The notes under the pieces were generated by a model that had not been told where the DNA came from, ran no database searches, and saw only the letters and a list, made by a program, of their open reading frames with translations. Below, piece after piece: positions 18,906 through 28,414 of a stretch of DNA of 64,000 bases. The position numbers were made by a program, and so were the translations under genes. The stretch is taken from assembly GCA_963816795.1 (NCBI GenBank), contig CAWFLT010000001.1, positions 375,259 through 439,258 on the forward strand, written 5' to 3'. Position 1 is the first letter of the stretch, and every line of letters starts with the position of its first letter. The stretch is from an uncultured Acidobacteriota bacterium. Lineage in GTDB: Bacteria; Acidobacteriota; Vicinamibacteria; Vicinamibacterales; SCN-69-37.

Positions 18906-19226
18906 ATGCCCGACTACCTCGGCGAGTTCGAGCAACTGATCCTGCTGGCGCTGGCGCGGCTCGGCGCCGACGCCTACGGGGTCACGATTCGGGACACGCT
19001 GGCCGAACGCGCAGGTCGCCAGGCGTCGTTCGGTGCCATCTACAGCACGCTGCGCCGCCTCGAACAGAAGGGCCTCGTGCAGTCGCGCTTCGGCGATCCG
19101 GAGGCCGTGCGCGGCGGACGCGCCAAGAAGTACGTGGCCCTCACGCCGCGCGGCAAGGCCGCGCTGCGCGAGGCGCACGCGGCGCTCCTGCGCATGGCGG
19201 ACGGCGTCGCGGGCTTGCCGCGCTGA
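18906..19226 (+). CDS. PadR-family transcriptional regulator
   Basis: ATG 18906 inside track ORF 18201..19226. EFEQLILLALARLGADAYGVTIRDTL ... IYSTLRRLEQKGLV winged helix. Sits 5 nt upstream of an ADOP permease. Confidence 0.85.
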   Translation: MPDYLGEFEQLILLALARLGADAYGVTIRDTLAERAGRQASFGAIYSTLRRLEQKGLVQSRFGDPEAVRGGRAKKYVALTPRGKAALREAHAALLRMADGVAGLPR

Positions 19227-19231
19227 CGACC

Positions 19232-21994
19232 ATGCGCGCCGCTCTGCATTGGCTGCTCCGCTTCTTCACCGCGAGCGGCGATCGCGCCGCCATCGTCGGT
19301 GATCTCGAAGAGGCGTATCGTCGGGACCGCGCACGGCGCGGCTGGCTGCGGGCGGAACTCTCGCAAATTAGAGAAGTCGCGGCCGCGATCGGCCACGCTG
19401 GAAAGGATCGCATGCGCTCCGATCAAGACTCTGGACCCGCGCGCGCCTCGATCATCCACCGGTTCTTCGTCGCCGCGGATGTGCGCTACGCCTTGCGCCG
19501 GTGGCGCCGCCGCCCGGGCTTTCCGATCGCGGCCATGGCCACGCTCGGCATCGGCATCGGCGCCACGACGGCGATCTTCTCGGTGATCGACGCCGTGCTG
19601 CTCGCACCGCCGCCGTGGACCGACCCCGATCGTCTCGTCTCGATTCATGCGGTGTTTCCCGACCGGCGCCAGAATCCGCTGGCGGCGGCGACGTGGAATC
19701 GCGGAATGGTCTCGTACCGGGCATGGGACGCGCTTCGGGAGCGGCCAGAGTTCGAGGATGTGGCAGTCTGGCGTCGTCGCGGTCTCGACACGACGTTTGG
19801 TGACGACCGGACCGAGATGGTGGAGAGCCTGGACGCGTCGTCGCGCTTCCTCCCGACGCTCGGCATCCCGTTGGCCCACGGCCGCACGTTCACCGCGGTG
19901 GAGGACACCCGGCCCACCGACAGCGTCATTGTCACCTACGAAGCGTGGCAACGACGGTTCGGCGGCCGGGCCGACATCATCGGGCAGACGGCGACAGTCG
20001 GCAGCGCGAGCTCAGGCGGCCGGAAAGTGGTGACGGTCGTCGGCGTAGTCTCGCGCGGGTTCAGCTTCGACGGCCGCCCGATCCCGGAGCTCCTGTTTCC
20101 GGTCGGCATTGCCTCGGAAACGGGTCACACGTATCCGAGCGACTCGCTGCGGGTCGTCGCGCGCCTCGCTCGCGGCGTCTCGCCCGAAGCAGGAGCGGGC
20201 GCAGCAGACACGATCGTTCGGGCGGTCGAAACCCGTGAGCTGACGACCGCGCGGATCGTGCCGCTCATCGAGGACCAGTGGAGCGGTGCGGGGCGGCCCC
20301 TCTGGGTGCTCTTCGGCGGCTCGGTCCTACTGCTCCTTGTGGCCTGCGCCAACGTCGCCGGCCTGCTTCTGAGTGAAGCGCGCGCACGGCGTCACGAGAT
20401 CGCCGTGCGAGCGGCGCTCGGCGGCACACGCGCGCGAGTCGTCCGACAACTGCTCGTCGAGCATCTGCTCCTGGCCATCGCCGGCACCGCAGTCGGGCTG
20501 GGCCTGGCGTACCTCGTCATGCAAACGTTCGTGGCGGTCGCACCGGCGGGCCTGCCGCGCGTGGAAACGATTGCGCTCGACCCGCGGATCGCGACGTTCG
20601 CCTTGGCGCTTGGCGGTCTGACACTGCTGTTGTTCGGCGTGGCACCCGCCCTCTCAGTCTCGAGGACACGCACGTCCGCGGTCCTGGCCGAAGGCGGCCG
20701 CGATGGCGCCGTGAGCCGCCTCGTCGGCCAGCGGTTCGTCGTCGCAAGCGCGATCGCATTGGCGCTGGTACTGCTCGTTGGCGCCAGTCTGCTCGGTGAA
20801 ACGCTGTACCGCCTGACGTCGCGATCGCTCGGCTTCGATCCAACATCGCTTGCGGTCGTGTCGTTCCGGCTGACGGGCCTGCCGCCGAGCCAACAGAAGC
20901 CGCTTCAGCCGGGCGACTACGAACGCATGACGCTGGCCGAGAAGGTCGCGCGAACCGATCAGTTCCTCAAGCACATGACCATGGGTTGGTGGCTGCACAT
21001 GGACGGCGCGATGGATCGCGTCGCCGCACTGCCGTCGGTGACCGCGGTGGGCGGCGCGTACTCAGTGCCCTTCACTGGCGGTCGCATCGCAGCGACGGTC
21101 CGGCGCGCCGATCAGCCGGCGAACGAGACCACCCGGGTCCGCTCGTTGTCGATCACCGCCGGCTACTTCGACGTCATGCGGATTCCGGTCGTGAATGGCC
21201 GCGCGCTTCAGGCCAGCGACCGAACTGGAGAGATTCGACGTCGCCCAGGCGTCGCGCCGACGCCGCGGCGGATCGTGATCTCGCGGGAGCTCGAGCGGCG
21301 CCTCTTCTCTGGCAGCGCCGTCGGCCAGCGAATCTTGCAGGCCGACTACGACCGCGATCTCCTACTCGACGTGGTCGGTGTGGTGGAAGACAGCCGCTGG
21401 CGCGGCTATGGCGACGATGACCTGGCGACCTTCTACACGATCGCCGAAGGTTCAGGCACGCTCAACACGCTGTTCGTCCGGACGGCGATGGCGCCGGAGG
21501 CGGTGCTACCGTCGATTCGCGCCACGCTCCGGGCCTACGATCCAAAGATCGTTGTCACCTCCACGACGACGATGTCTGCACTGGCCGATCAATCGATTGC
21601 CGAAGAACGGCTCCGGGCGGCACTCTCGGCGATCTTCGGCGGCGCCGCGCTGTTGCTCGCCGCCGTTGGCCTGTACAGTCTCGCCGCGAGACGGGTCGCC
21701 GACCGGCGGCGCGAGATCGGCGTGCGCGTCGCGCTCGGCGCCCGGCCGCGTGACGTCCGGCGGCTCGTGCTTCGCGACGCCCTGCTGACGGCCGCCGTCG
21801 GACTGGCGATCGGCGCGCCGCTCGCCTACATGGCGTCGCAGGTCACGCAGTCGATGCTCTTCGGCGTCACAGCGACTGCGCCGCGAGTGTTTCTCGCGGC
21901 CGGCGCGACGCTCGCCGCGGCCTCGATCATCGCCGCGCTCCTGCCAGCGCGACGCGCCGCCACCATCGATCCGATCCTGGTGCTCAAGGAATAA
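19232..21994 (+). CDS. ADOP-family permease with N-terminal permease-prefix domain (intact, 920 aa)
   Basis: Single uninterrupted ORF. Prefix LLRFFTASGDRAAIVGDLEEAY, then VRYALRRWRRRPGF, two FtsX-like modules, C-terminus LLPARRAATIDPILVLKE. Confidence 0.85.
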   Translation: MRAALHWLLRFFTASGDRAAIVGDLEEAYRRDRARRGWLRAELSQIREVAAAIGHAGKDRMRSDQDSGPARASIIHRFFVAADVRYALRRWRRRPGFPIAAMATLGIGIGATTAIFSVIDAVLLAPPPWTDPDRLVSIHAVFPDRRQNPLAAATWNRGMVSYRAWDALRERPEFEDVAVWRRRGLDTTFGDDRTEMVESLDASSRFLPTLGIPLAHGRTFTAVEDTRPTDSVIVTYEAWQRRFGGRADIIGQTATVGSASSGGRKVVTVVGVVSRGFSFDGRPIPELLFPVGIASETGHTYPSDSLRVVARLARGVSPEAGAGAADTIVRAVETRELTTARIVPLIEDQWSGAGRPLWVLFGGSVLLLLVACANVAGLLLSEARARRHEIAVRAALGGTRARVVRQLLVEHLLLAIAGTAVGLGLAYLVMQTFVAVAPAGLPRVETIALDPRIATFALALGGLTLLLFGVAPALSVSRTRTSAVLAEGGRDGAVSRLVGQRFVVASAIALALVLLVGASLLGETLYRLTSRSLGFDPTSLAVVSFRLTGLPPSQQKPLQPGDYERMTLAEKVARTDQFLKHMTMGWWLHMDGAMDRVAALPSVTAVGGAYSVPFTGGRIAATVRRADQPANETTRVRSLSITAGYFDVMRIPVVNGRALQASDRTGEIRRRPGVAPTPRRIVISRELERRLFSGSAVGQRILQADYDRDLLLDVVGVVEDSRWRGYGDDDLATFYTIAEGSGTLNTLFVRTAMAPEAVLPSIRATLRAYDPKIVVTSTTTMSALADQSIAEERLRAALSAIFGGAALLLAAVGLYSLAARRVADRRREIGVRVALGARPRDVRRLVLRDALLTAAVGLAIGAPLAYMASQVTQSMLFGVTATAPRVFLAAGATLAAASIIAALLPARRAATIDPILVLKE

Positions 21995-22042
21995 GGGCCG
22001 GCACGCCCGCGGCGCTCGAGTTCATGTATTGTCTGAACCTCG

Positions 22043-22990
22043 ATGCCCCGGTCGGACTGGAACCGCCGCGATGTCCTCAAGACGCTGTCATCGGTCGCGA
22101 TCGGGTTGGCGGAGGGCCGCCAATCTCTCGCAGCGGAGGCAGGACAAGTGAAGTGGTCGGCGGGCATCGCGCGCCCGAAGCTCGTGGCGCCGGCTGGCGC
22201 CACCGACTGTCACCACCATGTCTACGACGCGCGATTTCCTCCCGCACCGAATGCCGTGCTGCTGCCGCCCGACGCGTCGGTCGATGACTACCGTGCGCTC
22301 CAGCGACGCCTCGGCACCAGCCGCAGCGTGATCGTCCAGCCATCGACTTATGGCACTGACAATCGCTGCACGCTGGCGGCACTCGCCGCGCTCGGTCGAT
22401 CGTCCCGTGCAGTGGCCGTGGTCGACGATACGGTCGCGGACGCGGAGCTCAAACGGCTCGACGGGCTTGGCGTGCGCGGCATTCGTTTCAACCTCGCGCA
22501 AGCTGGCGCCACCACGCCGGCGATGATCGAACCACTGGCGAAGCGGATCGCCCCGTTCGGCTGGCACCTTCAACTGAACGCCCCCGCAGCGGTCCTCTTC
22601 GACCTGATGCCGATCTTCGAGCGCGTACCTGTTCCGCTCGTCTTCGATCACCTCGCGCACGTCCCGCCGGCCGACGGCGTGAACCATCCGCTCTACCAGA
22701 AAGTCCGCGGGCTTCTCGACCGCGGACGCACGTGGATCAAGCTGTCAGGTGTCTACATCGACTCCAAGTCCGGTCCGCCCACCTACTCGGACTCGAGCGC
22801 AATCGCCCGCGCCTACGTGGCGGCGGCACCCGAGCGGCTCGTCTGGGGGAGCGACTGGCCCCATCCGACCGAGCAGACGACGAAGCCCGACGACGCGGTG
22901 CTGTTCGATTTGCTCAACGACTGGGCCCCGGGTGCGGCCCTGCAACAGCGAATTCTCGTGTCCAACCCAGCCGCGCTGTACGGCTTCTGA
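22043..22990 (+). CDS. Amidohydrolase-2 family metal-dependent hydrolase with Tat-like signal
   Basis: NRRDVLKTLSSVAIGLA; metal ligands CHHHVYD, FDHLAH, GSDWPH. Confidence 0.8.
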   Translation: MPRSDWNRRDVLKTLSSVAIGLAEGRQSLAAEAGQVKWSAGIARPKLVAPAGATDCHHHVYDARFPPAPNAVLLPPDASVDDYRALQRRLGTSRSVIVQPSTYGTDNRCTLAALAALGRSSRAVAVVDDTVADAELKRLDGLGVRGIRFNLAQAGATTPAMIEPLAKRIAPFGWHLQLNAPAAVLFDLMPIFERVPVPLVFDHLAHVPPADGVNHPLYQKVRGLLDRGRTWIKLSGVYIDSKSGPPTYSDSSAIARAYVAAAPERLVWGSDWPHPTEQTTKPDDAVLFDLLNDWAPGAALQQRILVSNPAALYGF

Positions 22991-23002
22991 TTCCGAAAAG
23001 AA

Positions 23003-23029
23003 GGGCCGGCGCGTTTTCCGCGCCGGCCC
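23003..23029. terminator. GC-rich hairpin (11-bp perfect stem, 5-nt loop), probable bidirectional terminator
   Basis: GGGCCGGCGCG-ttttc-CGCGCCGGCCC. On the minus strand it is followed by TTCTTTTCGG. Lies between convergent genes. Confidence 0.55.
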
Positions 23030-23039
23030 GTGTGTAGCA

Positions 23040-23199
23040 GAGAGCTCTTCTCCGTGCCTTCGAACATTACAGGCGCGGGGCCCCACCCCCGCGCCTCGGG
23101 CGCTCGGCGCCGCCACGCGCGCGCGCCTCGCGGTGTCTCTAGCTCTTCTCCGTGCCCTCTAGCTCTTCCTCCGTGGCCTCACGCTTCTCCGAGCGCTCT
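23040..23199. repeat. Family A element (one core flanked by CTCCGTG arrays)
   Basis: CTCTTCTCCGTGCC, core 23077-23090, ...cgcggtgtc, then CTCTTCTCCGTGCCCTC and CTCTTCCTCCGTGGCCTC. Abuts the TonB-receptor stop codon. Confidence 0.8.
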
Positions 23200-26100
23200 T
23201 CAGAAGGAGAAGCGTACCTGCATCTGCACCGTGCGCGGGTCCTGGTAGACGGTCGCGACGCCGAACCCGGCGCCGCGCGGCCGCGACCGCGAGTCGATGA
23301 GGTTGCCGTTCTCGTCGTACGGCAGGTTCGTGATCGCCGTCCGGCTGTTCGGATTGGCGAGGTTCATCGTCGTGTTGCGGTTGGTGACGATCGCCTGATT
23401 CGGCGCGTTGAACATGTCGACGCGCACCTGGATGTTCTTGCCGCCGCCGAGGCGGATGTTGCGCGCGATCGACAGGTCGAGCTTGCTCTGGAAGCAGCCG
23501 CGCAGATAGCCGTTGCCGGACTCGAGACCGACGCTGCCCACCATCGGGCCCTCGAACGCGCCGGTGTTGAACTGCTCGTATGGATTGCTGCGGCAACCGC
23601 TATCCAGGTCGCCGACGACGAACACGCGGGCGCCGAAGTCTGGCGATCCGGTGAGGTTCATGGTTGCCGCCGCCGTTCTGGTAGTTCGCCGAGACGGTGT
23701 ACGCACTCCCGGTCGACGCGGTCCAGATGCCCGACAACTGCCAGTCGTTGATGATGAAGCCGACGACCCGCATGACGCCGCCGGTGGCGCGCAGATCCGG
23801 CAGGTCCCAGATGAAGTTGCCCTTCATCAGATGCGCGCGTGGATTGTTGCTGCCGAGCAGTTCTTCCGCTTGCGCCTGATCGGCGCGGACGCTGAACGTG
23901 CCGTCGTCGGCATGCTGCAGCCGCGGCGCCAGGTTCTGGCGATCGTAGAGACCGATGACGTCGTTGAAGCCGAACGAGAATGCCGTTGCGCAGCCGGCGC
24001 TGGAACGAAATCTGGATCGAGTGGTAGGTGCGGTGCAGATAGCCCTGATTCTGCGTGATCGCGCTGTAGCCGCGAATCGCGCGCATCAGATCCTGCGACA
24101 CGGCGGTGGCGCCGGGCGTCGTGCTCGGCGCCAGCGTGCGGTCCTGGTTCTTCTCGAGGAACGCCGCGCCGTAGTCCACCGCGTTGAGGTTGACCGGCTG
24201 CACGATGTTGTAGCCGCGCTGGCCGACGTACGAGACGTCGAGCGCGATCGCCCACGGCAACGCCATCTGCACGCCGGTGTTCCACTGGAACGACGACGGG
24301 AGCGGCGCGTCGACCTCGTAGACGCTCAGGAGGACGGCGGTCGTGGTCGTCGCCAGACCGCCGCTGCCGAGCGCCTGCAATTCACCGTAGCGGACGGTGA
24401 CGTTCTGTTGTGTCGGCGGATTCAGGATCTGGTCGAACACCGAGTTGCCGCTCGGCCGATCGAAGAACAGGCCGCCGCCGCCGCGCACGACGATTTTCTG
24501 CTGGCCGGTGAGGTCATACGCCGCGCCGAAGCGTGGCGCGTACCCCATCGTCGGGAAGTCGAACACGGTGTCGGGGATGCCCTGGCCGGAGAGGAACAGC
24601 CCGTTGGTGGTGTTGCCGGTGCCGGGGACGAGCGCGCCGATCGCCAGCGTGGTGTTCGGCCCCAGGAACTGCCCGGTCACCGGATCCATCGCCTGACGGT
24701 TCGCGCCCGAGCAGGGATAGACGTTGTTGGCGCAGCCCGGCACGTACATCCGCGGCGCCGCGCCGAGGGTCCACGCCTCCGGCAGGAAGTTACTCGACTG
24801 TCCGGTATTGTCGTACTGCGGCTGCTGGTGGACGAACCGCATGCCGTAGTCGAACGTCAGCCGGTTGGTGACCTTCCAGTTGTCCTGGATGAAGAACTCG
24901 GCGTTGTTGTAGATCCAGGTGCCCTCGATGAACTTCGACGCCTGCGCGAACGACTGAAAGATGCCGAGTGCGGCGTTGGAAAACGGGAACTGTGAATCGA
25001 GCGGGTTGTTGGCGTCGTTGTTGAAGTTCAGCGTCCCGAACGGCGCGCCCCGATTCTGCCGCTTCAGCGCGTGCTGATGGTAGTAGCCCGCCTTGATGGT
25101 GTGACGCCCGGCGAGCTTGGTCAGGTTGAACGCGTAGTCGTTGACCGACGAGTGATCGGCAAACCCGGGATAGCTGTTGTTGGGCGGCGCGTTCGGTCGA
25201 CCCGCCCGCCGAAGCCGAAATTGGGCGGCAACAGCATGCGCGTGCCGTCCCACGGCGCCGGATTGACCTGGTTCAACGCTTTGAACTGGTAGTAGCCCGG
25301 ATCGATCACGTTGGCGTCGGGGAACAGATACGGCAGGTCCGGCCAGGCCCGTGTTGGCGCGGCTGGCGACGTCGTTGACCGGAAAGCCCGCGGTGCAGAA
25401 GTTGGCGCCGCCGCCGTTCAGCGCGCAGCCGGCCTGGTCGTGCTGCGCGTGCCCGATGCTGGCCTCGAGGAACATCGTCGGCGTCAGGCTGTAGTTCGCC
25501 GTCACGGCCCACAGCGGCACCACCGGCTCGTTCATCTTCGTGTCGTTGAACCCGGGCAGCGATCCGATGCACCGCGACCTTCGGCTGTCCCCACGAGGCG
25601 TACTTGAACGACAGGCGCAGGGCCTGCGCCGCCTGGTAGTCGAGCTTCAGGACGGGCTGCTAGGACGTGATGCGCTGATTCGGCCGCGTGATCTCGAAGT
25701 TGTAGTTCTGCCCGGCCGGAATGTTGGTCAGGTTCGGCATCGGGTACCGCTTGAGGATGTTCAGGCCGATTTGATACAGGCGATCGGCGGGAATCTTGCC
25801 GAGCACGCCGCCGTCGGCGTAGCACGCGGTGCGATCGGCATTGCTGCAGACCCCGGCGATCCGGTAGTCGCGAATGAACGGCCACGGGTTGCCGTTGTTG
25901 TCCGTCGTCGCCGAGAAGTCGCCTTGCCGCTCGGCCGCGGTCGGGAAGCGGTGACGAATCACGTTGTTGCCCTGCTCGCGCGGCTGGAACTCCTGGGCGA
26001 AGAAGAAGAACAGCTTGTTCTGGCCGCCGGGCTTGCCCACCGGACCGCCGACCGAGAAGCCCCAGTCGCGCTGCTTCAGCGTCGTCTTCGGATCGTTGTT

Positions 26101-26902
26101 GAGGATGTTGGTCTTGGAGTTCGAGTACCAGTCGGAGTTGCGCTCGACGTCGTAGACCGATCCGCGGAAGCGATTGGTGCCGCTGCGGGTGACGGCCGTC
26201 ACCTGCAGGCCGCTCGACCGGCCGAACTCGGCCTGGTAGCTCGACGTGAGCACTTTCACCTGCGGAGATCGACTCGACGTTGACCGCGACCATCAGGCGG
26301 TTGCTGCCCGGCTCCATCGTGCCGACGCCGTCCATCATGAAGTTGTTCGAGCCGCCGCCGGTCGAGTCGGAATTACCGGCCCGGTTGCCGCCGTCGACGC
26401 CCGGCACCAGGTTGATGAACTCGGTGAAATTTCGCGTCGCCATCGGAAGATTGGTCACGGCATCGGTTTCGACCGTAAAAGACCGCTCGCCGGTGGCTGC
26501 CTGTATCAGCGGCGTTTCGCCGCGTACGTCAACCACCTCGGTGGTCCCGCCCACCTCGAGCGTGAGGGCGCCAAGCGTGGCGCGCGATCCGGGACTGAGC
26601 GTCAGCCCTGAGCGCTTCAGCGTCTTGAACGCCGGCATGCTGATCTCGATGGTGTAGATGTCGGGCCGGACGTTCGGAAACTGGAAATCGCCCGTCTCGT
26701 TCGTCACGACCGGCGCGGTCTTGGTGCCCTGTGACTCGCTCACGAGCACGACCGTCGCGCCCGGAATCGCTCCGCCTTGCTGATCGACCACCGTGCCGAC
26801 CATCGTGCCTGTCGTCACCTGGGCCGCAGCCGGCCAGGCGCTGATCAGTACCGCGGCCAGACATGCGGCCGCGCGAACAACCTTGCGTATTGTCATTACC
26901 AT
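23200..26902 (-). pseudogene. Oar-like TonB-dependent receptor (carboxypeptidase-regulatory-like domain + plug + barrel), heavily disrupted
   Basis: Homology runs through track ORFs 25532..26902, 25660..26259, 23658..25535, 25121..25309, 23600..23827 and 23200..23706. Frame changes at about 26262, 25568, 25335, 25195, 23985 and 23660, plus an in-frame TAG at 25660-25662. N-terminal signal; C-terminal ...QVRFSF. Confidence 0.8.
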
Positions 26903-27087
26903 CCCTCCGGCATCGATGAGACGCCAGATCTCTTCTGAGGAGACCTTCCCCGAGAACAGGAAAGGATAGCCTAGAACCGGCCGAACTCCACGCTGGCAGG
27001 GCCGGGACGGCTATCTCTGGTCAGCCCGACGAAAAAATGCGCAACCCCGGTCAAGCGGCGGCTGGCGCGGTCGCTTACGCTGAGCCA

Positions 27088-27988
27088 ATGAAGCCGGGAA
27101 CGCGTTCGTTCTACGCCGACGTGGTGCAGGCGGCGATTGCACACATCGCGGTCCGATCTCGAGGTGGCGGTCGATCTCACCGCGCTCGCGCGTGGCGCCT
27201 GCCTGTCGCCGTTTCACTTTCACCGGATCTTTCGCGGGATGGTGGGAGAGACGCCGCTCGAGCTGCGGCGGCGGCTCTGCCTCGAGCGGGCGGCGTGGCG
27301 GCTGGCGCGCGAGGACACGGGCGTGACGGCGATCGCGCTCGACGCCGGCTACGACACGCACGAGGCCTTCACGCGGGCCTTTCGCGCGCGATTCGGGACG
27401 TCGCCGTCGGGCTTCAGGCGTCGCACCTATCGCCGCTTCGAGCTGGCCACGCCGTGCGGCGTTCACTACATCCCAACCGGCGGAGTGGTGGCTTTCACGC
27501 CACGCAATTCAGGAGGAGAGAACATGACAGTCGACATCGAGGAGATGCCCACGCTGCGCGTCGCGGCGGTGCGTCACATCGGGCCCTACAACCACATCGG
27601 CCAGGCGTTCGAACGGCTCGGCGCCATTCTCGGCGGCGCCGGGCTGCTCGAGGGACCGCCGCCGATGATGCTCGCGATTTACTACGACGATCTCGAAAGT
27701 ACTCCGGTCGAAGACCTGCGCGCCGACGCCGGGATCGTCGTGCCGGCCGACCTCGAACTGCCGCCCGGACTCAGCGAAGTACAGGTCGCGGCCGGGCGCT
27801 ACGCTCGCACGCGTCACACGGGTCCCTACGAGCAACTCGGAGATGTCTGGGCACGGTTCATGGGGGAATGGCTGCCGGCAAGCAGCCATCGCGTCGCCAA
27901 CAGGCCGAGCTTCGAGGTCTATCGCAATACGCCGATGGACACACCGAAGGACCAACTCGTCACCGACATCTACGTGCCGGTCGAATAG
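27088..27988 (+). CDS. AraC-family regulator with GyrI-like effector domain, one frameshift near 27150
   Basis: MKPGTRSFYADVVQAAIAHI (frame of 27037 ORF) joins DLEVAVDLTALARGACLSPFHFHRIF (27137..27988) after a one-base skip. The HTH motifs are followed by a GyrI-like half (VAAVRHIGPY ... FEVYRNTP). Confidence 0.75.
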
Positions 27989-28014
27989 GGCCGGCCCGTA
28001 TCGAGTGGCCGGCC

Positions 28015-28067
28015 TTGACACCCAGCCAGCTAGGGAAATACACTCCGGCGTCCCCTAGCTGGCTTGG
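28015..28067 (+). promoter_or_regulatory. TTGACA box followed by a 15-bp inverted repeat that encloses a TACACT -10-like box, upstream of the second PadR
   Basis: TTGACA 28015-28020. CCCAGCCAGCTAGGG (28021-28035) pairs with CCCTAGCTGGCTTGGG (28052-28067, one bulge). TACACT 28039-28044. Confidence 0.45.
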
Positions 28068-28078
28068 GGAAATGGGCC

Positions 28079-28414
28079 ATGCCGAAGCACTCGAACGATC
28101 GTTTGCAGGGCACGCTCGACCTGGTCGTGCTGAAGACGCTGCAGGCGCGCGGCGCCATGCACGGATACGCGATCGCGAACCTCATCCTCCAGATCTCGAG
28201 CAGTGTGCTGCGCGTCGAGGAGGGATCGCTGTATCCGGCCCTCCATCGGATGACGCAGGCCGGTTGGCTCCGGGCCGAATGGGGCGCTTCTGAGAATGGC
28301 CGGCGCGCCCGCTACTACTCCATCACGCCGGCCGGACGTCGTCAGCTCGCGGAAGAAGAGAAGAACTGGGCTGCGCTCACGGGAGCGGTCAGCCAGGTGC
28401 TGAGGTTGGTGTGA
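28079..28414 (+). CDS. PadR-family transcriptional regulator
   Basis: MPKHSNDRLQGTLDLVVLKTLQARGAMHGYAIANLI ... SLYPALHRMTQAGWL. The stop overlaps the permease start (GTGATG). Confidence 0.85.
   Translation: MPKHSNDRLQGTLDLVVLKTLQARGAMHGYAIANLILQISSSVLRVEEGSLYPALHRMTQAGWLRAEWGASENGRRARYYSITPAGRRQLAEEEKNWAALTGAVSQVLRLV

Noticed and set aside
23955-24995. 346-aa plus-strand ORF inside the TonB-receptor region
   Set aside because: The composition (R/E/D/V runs) is not protein-like. The minus strand carries continuous receptor homology.
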